Position numbers and translations under genes: made by a program. A DNA stretch of 64,000 nucleotides from Octopus sinensis (lineage: Eukaryota). The DNA is taken from contig NC_043010.1 in NCBI RefSeq assembly GCF_006345805.1, forward strand, positions 19,530,001 through 19,594,000, read 5' to 3'. This document shows, one piece after another, positions 1-11,660 of this stretch (its first letter is position 1; each line of letters opens with the position of its first letter). The notes under the pieces are model-generated. The model saw nothing but the letters and a program-made list of their open reading frames with translations. It was not told the origin of the DNA and searched no databases.

Positions 1-1788
1 TTTGTAATCCATTCTTCATCCATTCTCTCCACCCACACTTTATATCGATCAAAACCCCACTCCACCTCCACACACACACTGAACTACCCAACCAAATATC
101 TCTCCTCATGCATGGTGCTTGCCTTTCTCCCCCTCCCCCACAACTCCTAGGGCCTGCTCTAACCGCATGTCATTTCTCTCTCATCGTCCATCCCCACCCC
201 TGGTGACTGTATCATCATTACTACCCTGCATCCCTCTACCTTCTCCAACTCCTGCATCATTCGTCATCTCCCACCCCTTATCCACCCTTCAACCCTACCC
301 AGTCATAACAATTGTTCCCTCCCTCCTTCCCTCTCTTTCCCAGCCTCTCATCGCTTGTTCCTCCCCCTCCCCACCACCACCACCACATACTCACGCAAAC
401 CACCCAACTCTCTTCGTTCCTCTATCCTCATTCACTTCTCCTCACTTCGTCGTGCCATAAAGGCTCACCTGGACACTTCATCACCAATATCTATCGCTTT
501 GCAGCTCCTCTTCTCCCTCTTTTTCACCGTGTAAAGCCATGTAGCCCTTCTACAAGAATCTGCTCAGCCTTTTTCTAGCATGGCGATTGTCACCGCCATT
601 CCTTATGGGGTTTACGGTCTTGCGAGCTGCATGGCAACCTCACAAGTGCTAGTGGCACAAAAAAAAAGGGGTCCATGTTGCAAAGATAGGGTATCATAGC
701 ATCTATGCTATATTAGAAATGGTAGCATAGAAACCGTGCCAAAGCAGAGCCTGTGTGCTTATATGTTTATCACACACACACACACATACACACACAGACG
801 TTTCTCGGTATATCAAATTGAAAATTACTGTAGTCTTCAGCTTCCAATAGACATACTAAATAATTTGTTCCTCTTCAGTATTGTATACTCTTCGTTTTCC
901 CTCCTTGTTCTCACAGAACTGTTCGTGTGTGTGTGTGAGCGCGCGAGTGCGTGATTGTACGTGCGTGCGCGTGCTTGTGTGGGCGCGCGAGTGCGTACGT
1001 ATACGTGTGTGTGTTTGTGTGTGTGTGTGTGTCCATATCTCATTCTGACAATAAACTCTTCTCTTCATCTTCCTTTCTCTCTCTCTCCTTTCCCTCCCTC
1101 TCTCTCAATTCTCATTTCATCCTTAAATTCTCACAATATTTCTGTACTTGATCCCACATCCCTTAATCTTCTCCACTCATTTCCCCTGTTGTTAAAATAA
1201 GTACCAGTTATGTATTAGGGTTGTTGTCGTCAAGTAACCCTGTCGCCTAAAATTGCTGACCTTGGGTCAAAATTTGAAACCGTGTAGTTCTGTGTCCGTC
1301 CGTCCCCCTCCATCTCCGACCATTATTTCTATCTTTCCCCATTTATCCTCCCCATCTCATTCTTCTCTCTCTGTTTCCCTTTTTTGTTAACGTCTGCCAA
1401 CAACAGCAACCTTCTACTTTTCTCTTCTCTCACTTTCCCCCCATACCTTTCTCCCTCTTCTTAATCTTTTCTCTCTTTTATCTTTACCCTTTATTCCTCT
1501 CTCTCTCTCTCTCTCCCTTTTCCTAATATATCGTCTGTCTTTTTTCTTTACTTCTCACTCATCCATCAAATCCTCATCTTTTACCCTTTCTCTCTTTCCC
1601 CTCCTCCTCTCTCTCCCACATCACACCATTTCTTTCTCTTCCTATTTCCCTCCTCTCCCTTTTTACCCTATCTCCTACTTCTCCTCGTCCTCCACCCAAA
1701 CATTCTTCCCTCCCTCTCTTTCTGAGTGTTGTTTACCAATTTTTCACTCTCTCTAATTGTCTGTCAGTTCGACTGATTGCCTGTTCAT

Positions 1789-1854
1789 TATAAAACCATT
1801 CTGCGACCGCCGTTCCTTGCTCAGTAGTGCTGCTGTTGTCCTCTTTGCTAGTCG
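1789..1854 (+). promoter_or_regulatory. Pol II core promoter: TATA + Inr + DPE
   Basis: TATAAAA at 1789-1795 and Inr-like TCAGTA at 1821-1826 (A+1=1823). AGTCG (RGWYV) sits at exactly +28..+32 (1850-1854). A CpG-retaining stretch (~1950-2460) follows, upstream of the candidate first exon. Confidence 0.55.
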
Positions 1855-2469
1855 AGCTGTAGTGGTATATATATATAAATGTATGTATATAGACATCTAA
1901 GGAGATAGATATATATGTATGTGTGTATATATAATATCTTGGAGAACGAGTTATTTATTTAGCGGTGAATTGTCAGCCGTCCGGCCATTCAGTTTTATTT
2001 AATTTGCAAAACAGAAGAAATTGAAACAAAAATTGCTAAACGCGAAAACTATTCGCGAAAAAAATTGGACATTACTTAAAACCTACCAAATACCTGATTA
2101 AGGAAGCAGGTATTCGAGTCTGGGAGAAATAATCCCACATTTAACAAGGCCACTGACCCTCTCCGTTAATTAATTGTAATTGACGCTGTTAAACTAATAT
2201 TTATTATTATTATTATTGTCACTGGGCAAAATAAAGAAGGCGGGAAAACAATTCGAAAATTAAATGATTATAATCGATAAATTGATTAAAAATCAAACGA
2301 ACATGTTGATTTACGAAATTATCTCGAGTTTATCGAATTTTACGTGATTAATGACGAGAAGGAAAATTCGCCAAAAATATGGAGAAGAAATAAATAGACA
2401 TTGTTAATATGTCTTAAATAAATAATCGAACTGAGATATTTAATAATTCGTCAACGTGAAGCAGAAACC

Positions 2470-2625
2470 ATGAATATTGGAGAAAGGAGCAGCTTCTGTG
2501 CAATGGAATCAATCCGGCCTGATCTTTCCTTGCACCTCTGGCCAATTCTGCAAGCACCCCCTTCACCTTTTCGTAATGATGGTTGCATCACCATCTACTC
2601 CACCCTGGGACACCTCATACATGTC
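2470..2625 (+). CDS. Candidate first coding exon of coiled-coil protein gene (MNIGERSSFC...STLGHLIHV, 52 aa)
   Basis: ATG in aaccATG context; open frame to a consensus donor GTC|gtaagt (phase 0). Joining to 41685 continues an amphipathic/heptad pattern (LGHLIHV|IEELKTKEKHIAQLEQDL). No homology search possible. Confidence 0.5.
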
Positions 2626-2783
2626 GTAAGTTGCAATTTCTTTCGGCCCACCTCACATTTTGTGTGCAAGTGTGTGCGTGTATGCACGTGTGTATGTGTG
2701 TGTGTGTGCATATGCGCACTTACGTTCTTTTCTTTGTTTAATTCTTCATTGCTACGGCAACACTGGAGCATCACAGACACATA

Positions 2784-2846
<63 letters not shown>

Positions 2847-4049
2847 TCACCTTATTGTGAAGTTGTACGGTTAATACCGCACTAATTTTTGGTGCTTCCA
2901 CCTAAGTACCTAATTCATCTGAATCTCAATTATTTTGCTATATATATATTGACAACTATAAATGAATTAGGCTTATCATTGTATGCGCACACACGCGCGC
3001 GTCATATACACGCATATACAATTCTGTATACATGAATAATGCATGCGAACACATCTACAATATAGATATGTATATATGTATATATTTGCTTGCTTGCGCG
3101 CACGTATATATAATGTGTATATATGTTTTGCGTGTATATGTGTATTTGATAAATGCAATGCGTGTTTATGATATTGAAAATGCTAATGGGAGGAAAAGGC
3201 TATTTTGTACTCCTAATTTGTGTGTGTGTGTGTGGGGGAAACGGATTGAAAGTATACATCTAGCAACTGGATATCTGTGTGTGTGTGTGTGTGTGTGTGT
3301 GTATCTATATGTACTTCTGTGCGTGTGTATTTATAACCTTCCAACTTATACCAATATGGAAAAACGAAAGTTAAAACTGACACTAAATGCCACGCTCCTC
3401 CCTCCTGGCATCATCGTCATCACCACCACCATCAGCACCACCATCATCATCGTCTATGGATGCTGCAGTGTTTAACCATTAATGGTTGATGTAATCACTT
3501 GTCTGGTCTGTTGCCAACATTGGCAGCATGGCACCACTTCTTACATCATTTCACATTCCTCCTGTATCACTGCTGCTACTACAACTACTGGTGGTGTTTT
3601 GGCAGTTGAAGGGGTACCACAGATGGTGTGGTGGTGGTGGAGGTGGTGGTTGAAGATATTGCAAGAGATGGTGGGAACAGTGGGTGTCGGTGGTGATGGT
3701 AGGGATGGTGCAGATGGTATTAGAGATAATGGTAGCAGAGATTTGTGTGGTGGTAGTAGAGGCAGCATAGTGCTTGTAATGTGTGACGGTGGTTGGTGGT
3801 GCTGGTTGCAGAAATGGTGGATGGTGTTGGTAGAAATGATGGTGTAATAGTAGAAATGATGTAGATAGTGACGGTGGTGGTGGTGGTGGTTGAAGGGGTA
3901 CTCGAGGTGGTACAGACACTGGCATGCGCGCACACGTGTGTTTGAGAGATGGGGTGAGGGTAACGGCGTAGGGGTGTTACACATGAACATGGAGGTGGTA
4001 AGCCATCAAATGATGGAATGCATTGATAAATATATATTTTTATTTCAGT

Positions 4050-4096
4050 ATGTGTATATATGTATATATATATATATATACACAGACATTTGAATA

Positions 4097-4187
<91 letters not shown>

Positions 4188-4243
4188 CTCATACATACAT
4201 GTATCTACCATCACATAAAAACACATGTACATGCAACCCTTGC

Positions 4244-4322
<79 letters not shown>

Positions 4323-4470
4323 CATATATATGTGTGTGTATATGTGTGTGTGTATATGTGTATATATATGTGTGTATATATATATGTATATATATGTGTG
4401 TGTATATGTATATATATATGTGTGTGTATATATATGTATGTGTATATATATACACACACACATACACATA
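4050..4470. repeat. Compound (TA)n/(CT)n/(GA)n/(CA)n/(TG)n microsatellite
   Basis: Direct reading; source of several artefactual YI/HT/CV ORFs. Confidence 0.95.
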
Positions 4471-5052
4471 GTATCTTTAATATACACAATTATTAAACGA
4501 AAAAGTCTTACAAATATACATGCCTTTGTACACATTTCTGTACTACTTTGCTCTCTCTCTTTCTCTCTCTCACACACACACACACACCTTATCACCTCAT
4601 ACATTCTCAGGCTCATAAGAATCACACCCACTCTTCAACCCGTATACTCGTCAACACACACACACATGCACGCACAATCATACACATGCACAGTCGTACA
4701 CACCCTGTTAACAGCCATCATTAAAATGCCTCGTTAAGTGTAATAAGTAACGGAAAATTAGCAACTGGGAGCAAATATAATTGGAACACTTGTCTTGGTG
4801 GAATGTTGTGACTGTTGTGGGACTGTGGGAAGTTGTACTATTGTGGTCCTGTTGTGTGGTTGATGGAGGCATTGTGGGATATAGGCTGTGTGGCTGGTAA
4901 AGGCAGTGGAATTATGGGATATGATGATACATGGTTGGTTGACAGTTGAACTGTGGGACACTGTTGCTGCATTCATGATTGTTGGTCACTTCTGTTTTAG
5001 TGGTCAGTTGTAGCCACACAGCCTTAACTCTTTAGCATTTAAACTGGCCATA

Positions 5053-5387
5053 AAGATCCTTCCCAAGTCATACAGATTCACCAAGCCAGTTTCCCAGTTG
5101 ACATGGTACATATATTCTCTCCCCACCCATGCGGACAGAACACAGGTCCACTGCAGGGTCACTCATTTTTGCCAGCTGAGTGGACTGGAGCAACACGAAA
5201 TGAAGTTTATGCTCAAAAACATGTTGCCTGGTCAAGGAATTGAAATCACAGTCTCACAATCATGAGTCCAGCATTCTAACCACTAAGCCAGTGGTTCCCA
5301 ACCTGGGACCCCTGGCAGTCTGCAAAGGTAGTACTGGGGCTCCATGAGCTAAATTCAAAATTTCATATATATATATATATATATATA

Positions 5388-5447
<60 letters not shown>

Positions 5448-5560
5448 CATAAGGATAAGCATATTAAAAGGGGTCTGTGGGAAAACTCATTTAAATAAAA
5501 GGGTTTTGGAACCACTGTGAAAAGGTTGGTAACCACTGCACAAAGCCATGCACTTCTACC
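5053..5560 (-). mobile_element. tRNA-derived SINE family C (V/CORE-like central motif TTGAGCAAGACACTT)
   Basis: A-box TGGCTTAGTGG / B-box-like head on the minus strand; ~12-bp imperfect TSD aaactggccata (5041-5052)/aaaatggccaga (5561-5572). Other copies: ~9480-9730(+), 21150-21475(-), 26285-26535(+), 30720-30965(-), 43845-44530(-), 57060-57390(+), 62045-62250(+). Confidence 0.75.
5289..5538. mobile_element. hAT-type MITE
   Basis: TIRs CAGTGGTTCCCAACCT / AGGTTGGTAACCACTG; 8-bp TSD cactaagc/cacaaagc (1 mismatch). Confidence 0.85.
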
Positions 5561-6084
5561 AAAATGGCCAGATCCTGGCCCATATATTCTCCCTATTTTA
5601 TGTTCAAACTAGCCTTATCCAGTCATTCTAAAAGTACACAACCACGTTATTGAAACCTTAAAGTTATGAGATAATGTTTGATTAATTAATAAACAATGTG
5701 AAGAAATTAGTTTTACATTCGATGGAGTGATCTGAATGCTAAAGAATTAACCTCCAAGAGACTGGTACTTAACTCTGGTTTCATGACGTTAAGAGAACGA
5801 GGGACATTATTTCATCCAGGATACATTTCCAGTCTATCGCAGATAATGTTCCTGAGACTTCTGATACCAATTCCTGACAGCTAAGTGAACCATCTCAATG
5901 TAAAAGAAAATGTCTGGCTTGGAAAGGTAATGAGATGATGCCGGTTGATTTTGAACTCAAGACTATTTGCAGTTCAATACGTTATCTACTCAGGCACTTG
6001 TGTCTCTGTAGTTTTCTAACAAAGGTAACCAAATAGTCTCCGGCACCCCAGATGTACCAATCATTTGTCTTTTAAGTTCTATTC

Positions 6085-6370
6085 TTTTACTTGATTCAGT
6101 CATTTGACTGCGGCCATGCTGGAGCACCACTTTTAGTCAAGCAAATCGACCCCAGTACTTATTCTTTATAAGCCTAGTACTTATTCTATCAATCTCTTTT
6201 GCTGAACCGCTAAGTTACGGGGGACATAAACACACCAGCATCGGTTGTCAAGTGATGGAAGGGGGACAAACTCAGACACACAAACACGTACACACACATA
6301 CATATATATATATACATATATACGATGGGCTTCTCTCAGTTTCCGTCTACTAAATCCTCTCATAAGGCTT
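6085..6370 (-). mobile_element. SINE family A, 3' part
   Basis: Matches the tail of the family at 11362-11660 and 15620-15990 (CCAGCATGGCCGCAGTCAAATGACTGAA) in reverse. Confidence 0.8.
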
Positions 6371-7392
6371 AATATATAATATTTAGTAATATGAAGTGCA
6401 GAATGACAGCCACTTGTCAGTCCTCTGTTGTTGTTTGAACTACCTCTGTTGGTGGCTGTTGGAGTGGACTTGAAGGTTGAATTTATGTGTGTACATAGTC
6501 CTTGCTTGCTCGGTTGATAAACCAAATCAAGTAACACTTGATTTATGGACTTTAAGAGAATGTAGAAAAAGAATTGTGGCTATTTTACTGTGTCATTCTG
6601 TCACAATCTTATTCTTATCAACACAAGCGGGGTTGTTGTGTAAGAAGCTTGCTTCCCAACCACATGGTTCTGAGTTCAGTTCCACTGCGTAGCACCTTGG
6701 GCAAGTGTCCCTTACTATAGACCAGGCCAAACAAGGCTCTGTGAGTGAATTTGGTCGACAGAAACTGAATGAAGATCATAATTATATATATATATATATA
6801 TATATAAGAGAACAAAGTGTACATACGCCACTGGGACAAGAACGCAAAACATCCAGACAACGCGAGGATGATCTGGTTCTTGACTGAGGATAGAAAGCTT
6901 CAAATGACCTGTCCTTGGTTTTTTTGTATCGTCTATCTGGATGTTTTGTTGTCCCTTTTTCTATCACTTAGTTGTTCGGATGTTTTGCGTTCTTGTCCCA
7001 TTTTGTATTTTATATATGAATGAATGAGAAAAGGAAGGAAATGGAGAAACATCAGTTTATTCAAAGATATTCAAATCCATATAATGAAATTCCTGTCCTA
7101 CAGCCGTTTCCATATCCAATTAGTTCAATTACAGAAAATAAATTATTTTAATTTAACTTTTCATGTTGAAACTGGTTAATTGGGTTTTTCATCAGGCGAG
7201 AATTTTTCCCAAAAGGGAGTTACATTTCAACATGTCGGTTGACCTACAACAGACTCACTGAACACTGGTGTAAACCAAAGAACTAGGATGCTAGCATCCC
7301 TGAAAGGATTATAGGTCCTTGACACAATTATATATATATATATATATATATTTGGATTGTGATTGACTGAGAACTAAACATCGACATAAACT

Positions 7393-7474
7393 GGATCTGA
7401 GGAAGCTATAGGATGTTGTACAAGCACCCAGCTGTGAGTGCAATGCATCTTATAGCAGAAACAGCTGTAAGCTA
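7393..7474 (+). ncRNA. Type I hammerhead ribozyme motif in a Penelope-like LTR fragment
   Basis: CUGAGGA (7397-7403); 11-bp helix II GCUAUAGGAUG/CAUCUUAUAGC plus an inner helix; GAAA (7458-7461); palindromic helix III ACAGCUGU; GUA cleavage triplet; imperfect helix I UGGAU/AGCUA. Element ~7330-7610 is flanked by (TA)n. Confidence 0.65.
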
Positions 7475-7640
7475 ATGAAGATTATGTAACTCCTGGTCTT
7501 TTGTCATTCATTAATTGATATTACACTCTGTACTCTCCTTTACTCTAAAGAATAAGTATATTGAGTTCTAACAACTGGTTATTAGTATTGCTGTGCCTAA
7601 ATGAAATCATTATATATATATATATGTGTGTGTGTGTGTA

Positions 7641-7926
7641 GAGGCACAATGGCCCAGTGGTTAAGGCAGTAGACTTGAGGTCGTAGGATCACGGTTTCGA
7701 TTCCCAGACTGGGCGTTGTGAGTGTTTATTGAGTGAAAACACCTAAAGCTCTACAAGGCTTCGGCAAGGGGTGTTGGTGATCCCTGCTGTACTCTTTCGC
7801 TGCAACTTTCTCTCACTCTTTCTTCTGTAGACAGCGGGGTCGCGTCATTTGAAGGCTAAAACAATGCGAAGTGCATTGTGACCGGCGATGTGTAGTAACA
7901 TCTGATAGCCTAGTCAGTCACAGTGA
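7641..7926 (+). mobile_element. tRNA-derived SINE family D
   Basis: Head GAGGCACAATGGCCCAGTGGTTAAGG...GGTTTCGATTCCC (A/B boxes); second copy at 25936-26226; both embedded in (TG)n/(TA)n. Confidence 0.85.
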
Positions 7927-8294
7927 TATATATATATATATATGACATACTTAATGTATGTATATCATAGAGAAGCAGTAGCCGCAGTGTTCATCAAGGA
8001 AAAGAACCCTTTATAGATGTATTGTGTTTCAAACGCAATTTACTTTGGAGCTAGACAGAACAAAATCACTCAAGAAGCATCTGCACGAGTGACGGATGCG
8101 CATTGCAACACCGTTTTTGAAGCTTGTCAATGCCATGCATTCACATCGCTTCCAACACAAAATCATCCTGGCCCTTTCTGAAGTATACAGAAACAATAAA
8201 TAAACAAATTCACTATCCTCGCAGAGATGCTGCAAGGCTAAACAAGATTCAAATTTCGCAGTAGAACCAGCTCTAGATTAAAAATTTTTATCAT

Positions 8295-8500
8295 CATCAT
8301 CAACGTTTAACATCCGTTTACCATGCTGGCATGGGTTGGATGGTTCAACTGGGGTCTGGGAAGCCAGGAGGCCGCACCAGATGCCAGTCTGATCTGGCAG
8401 TGTTTCTACAGCTGGATGCCCCTCTTAACGCCAACCACTCCGTGAGTGTAATGGGTGCTTTTTACGTGCCACTGGCACAGGGGCCAGAGGAGGCTGGCAA
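8295..8500 (-). mobile_element. RTE-LINE 3'-tail fragment / RTE-tail SINE
   Basis: Reverse of the ...CCAACCCATGCCAGCATGGAAAGCGGACGTTAAACGATGATGATG tail that ends the RTE remnant at 19001-19740. Further copies: ~22680-22925, 28795-29150, 30975-31150, 38310-38400, 38660-38800, 44060-44430, 46315-46600, 49805-50115(+), 54560-54960, 56760-56920. Confidence 0.8.
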
Positions 8501-10589
8501 TGACCATATATATATATATATATATATATATCAATTTTTCCATGCAGACAGGAGTTGTTGAACCAGGCTTTGCCAGTTGTCACGGCCACCTCATCATCAG
8601 ATACACATACGCACACACACACAACAGCCAAGAAACCTACCAAACTCTCAGATACATTATTTCTGGGGTACCAGAGACTATTTGGTTACCTTTGTTATGA
8701 AACTACAGATGCAAGTGCCTGAGTAAATAACATATTGTACTGCAAACAGTCTTGGGTTCAAAATCCACCGGCATTATCTCATTACGTTTCCAAACCAGAC
8801 ACTTTCTTTCACATTGAGATGGTTCACTTAGCTGTCTTGGTTGACTGATTTTCTTGTTATTTTTCTCAACACATTCACACACAAGGATAGATACGTTGCC
8901 ATTTAAGTTATTTAATTTGATTGTTTTATCAATCATGAATAAATTGCAGATAAATCTGAATTTGCCCTTGGAGGATTCTGCCCTGATAATAAACTGAACT
9001 GGCAACATTGGTGTCCCAGACTAAACACTACAAAGCAACGAACCAGACTTTCTACATTCCCTCCTCTTCCCCTTCCTCCTCCACTTCCTCATCCATCCTA
9101 ACTGATGTTTAGTAAAATACTGTTCAGTGTAAAAATAGAAAATGCAATCCTAGTCTCCTGCAAATTCCTTTGGTGGGTGTGTTGGGATAACTATGGGGGA
9201 GGGGTGGGAGGGAACTGTATTACATCACTTTTCCAGGCTGCCTCCACCTCCACTGCCATCAACATTGTTACTACAACTACTACTACTATTACTACTACTA
9301 CTACTACTACCATTCTACTACTACTACAAGGATTATATGATAGCATCTTAAGGAGTTCCCCTTCTCCCCTTCCTTGGCCTCACTCACCCCCTTTCTCTGT
9401 ATTCTAGTTCCTATGTACCTTTAATAGCTATCCTAGGTAATTTACCCAGGTGAATGTTTAGTTAAACATTGCCTTACCCAGGGGCATGACTTGGTGGTTG
9501 GGGTGTTGGGCTCCTAATTGTAAGATTGGGATTTCAATTCCTGACCGGGCGACGCGTTGTGTTCTTGAGCAAAACACTTCATTTCACGTTGGTCCAGTCA
9601 ACTCAGCTGGTAAAAGTGAGTCATCTTGTGAGGGTCCGGCATCCCATCTAGGGAGGAGTGTATACACCAGAGAAACCTGGAAATCACCCCTATGCTCCTT
9701 ATGGAGAAATGTGGACTACCCTTACCCAGGGTAGTAGATGGTCGGTCACATGGTTTAACATTGCCATTACTTGGCCCACATGGGTGCCTTTAGCATTATT
9801 GTCACGTGTTTTGACCAGGTCTCTTGCATAAGGATAACACATCCAACTCACATGCACACATACATGAGGGGCTTCTTTCAGTTTCCATCTACCAAATTCA
9901 CTCACAAGACTTTGGTTGGACCAAGTCTAAAGTGGAAGACGCTTGCCCAAGGTGCCACTCAGTGGGAATGAACCCAAAAGTATATGGTTGGGAAGCAAGC
10001 TTCTCACCGCACAGCCATGCCTCTGCCTATATCTTACAGTTGTGCCGTTACATCATGAAGATGTCCTCCCTCATAGCTCTGATACAGCAAACAAATAGCA
10101 TACTTCTCACGAGATATTTCACATTACCTCCTACAGCTCTGTTGTTTGAATGCAAGCCTGGGCACCAAACTGTTAATCTTTAATTAATGAAGTTAACAAT
10201 TTACCTTTTAAGTTAACTTTGGAAATCATTATCAGACTAATTAACTTCGGTTAGCTCAAGTCAACTTCAATTAACTTCCGTTAACTTCAATTGAATAAAA
10301 GTTAACAGATTTCATAGTTTTGGCATTTTTTAAAGGTGTTTTTAGGTGGTTTTAAAGCAAAAATTTTTTCTATAATAAAAATTAACATTAATGATTCATT
10401 GGTAACTTCGTTACATTAGGAAATAATTAACTGCTTAACGGTTATCGAAGTTAACTTTTTGGTTAACAGATTAATGGTTAATGAAGTTAACTTTTCAATT
10501 AACTGTCCCCACCTTTCTTTCAATGTATATGTCTGTCTGTTATTTAATCATAAACATCCATATCCAATTTTCCATGGTAGCATGGGTTA

Positions 10590-10797
10590 GAGTGGTTCTC
10601 AACTGGTGTCTGTATTGCTTCTGGGGTCCATATAAGATTTTATGGTTAAAATTTGTGCCATAAATTGCTTCTACTCTTACAATATGCAAAATATTTTAAC
10701 CCTTTTTTTATATAAACACCGAATGGCTAAGGAGGTCCCTGTAGAGTAAAACAGGATTACAAGGAGTCCACAGGCCCAAAACAGTTGAGAACCACTC
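10590..10797. mobile_element. hAT-type MITE
   Basis: Perfect 16-bp TIRs GAGTGGTTCTCAACTG / CAGTTGAGAACCACTC; TSD not clearly preserved. Confidence 0.7.
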
Positions 10798-11361
10798 AGT
10801 TAGGCAATAATTTTGAAGTAGATTTTTTTCCTATGGCCTGCTGCTCTTCTTGTCAATTAACCTCACCAGCTTATTGCCTTCATTTTATTCTTCTATGCAT
10901 TACTCTTAAAACAAAAATGGCATGGCCATATCTGGAAGTCAACCTTTTATCATAAGTCTGATAAGTCACGGCTGACCCTAAGATAAACACCATCATTATC
11001 ATCACCACCAATGTATTGTCCTACCGATATCCCTAGATTCTTCACTTTTGTGATGTAGGGTTCCTCAACTAGCCCCTTATTAGGATGCTTCATTTAATTC
11101 CTTCTTTGTTGTGCTTCTTAGGTTCTTCATTATCAGTTCTCCATAAACCTCAATTTTCATGTTATATCCTTATAATGTCCTGTTCCTCTGTTGCTCCAGC
11201 TTGGCACAAAGGTGGTAGGTTCACAGAATCATTAGAGCATGAGGGCTCTTGAACCATTTGAGCTGCAAACTAGTAACGGGCCATGGATCATTTGGTGCTG
11301 GAGTTGGGGGAGGGCACACAGGAAAAATAAATTTTTAAATTTTGTTTCTATTTTATAAGCA

Positions 11362-11660
11362 CAGGAGTGGCTGTGTGGTAAGTAGCTTGCTTACCAACCA
11401 CATGGTTCTAGATTCAGTCCCACTGTGTGGCACCTTGGGCAAGTGTCTTTTGTTATAGCCTCAGGCCAACCAAAGCCTTATGAGTGGATTTGGTAGATGG
11501 AAACTGAAAGAAGCCTGTCGTATATATACATATGTGTGTGTGCTTGTGTTTGTTCCCCCATCATCGCTTGACAAAAGTCTTGGGGTCAATTTGTTCGACT
11601 AAAGACGGTGCTCCAGCATGGCCATGGTCAAATGACTGAAACAAATAAAAGAATAAAAGA
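11362..11660 (+). mobile_element. tRNA/CORE-type SINE family A
   Basis: Head CAGGAGTGGCTGTGTGGTAAGTAGCTTGC...GGTTCAGTCC, CORE-like ACCTTGGGCAAGTGTCTT, internal (TA)(TG) tract, conserved tail. Other copies: ~6627-6780, 9862-10022(-), 11873-12030, 44857-44960, 45635-45785(-), 52520-52720, 53800-54000, 61270-61430. Confidence 0.9.

Larger units (their letters stand above)
5024..5750 (+). mobile_element. piggyBac-like MITE (TTAA ends), interrupted by nested SINE and hAT MITE
   Basis: Ends ttaaCTCTTTAGCATT ... AATGCTAAAGAAttaa. The same family recurs at ~20480-20690, 20715-20940, 28320-28535, 28555-28782, 43660-44585 and 46160-46645 (TIR ttaaCCCTTTAGCATT/AATGCTAAAGGGttaa). Confidence 0.7.

Noticed and set aside
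790-850. Minus-strand CTGAAGA ... GAAACGTC resembling a hammerhead
   Set aside because: No helix II or helix I pairing; chance co-occurrence.
7641-7720. tRNA-like sequences (also at 25936, 58915-58983 and SINE heads generally)
   Set aside because: A/B boxes are present but there is no acceptor stem or cloverleaf, and each continues into a repeat body; these are SINE heads, not tRNA genes.
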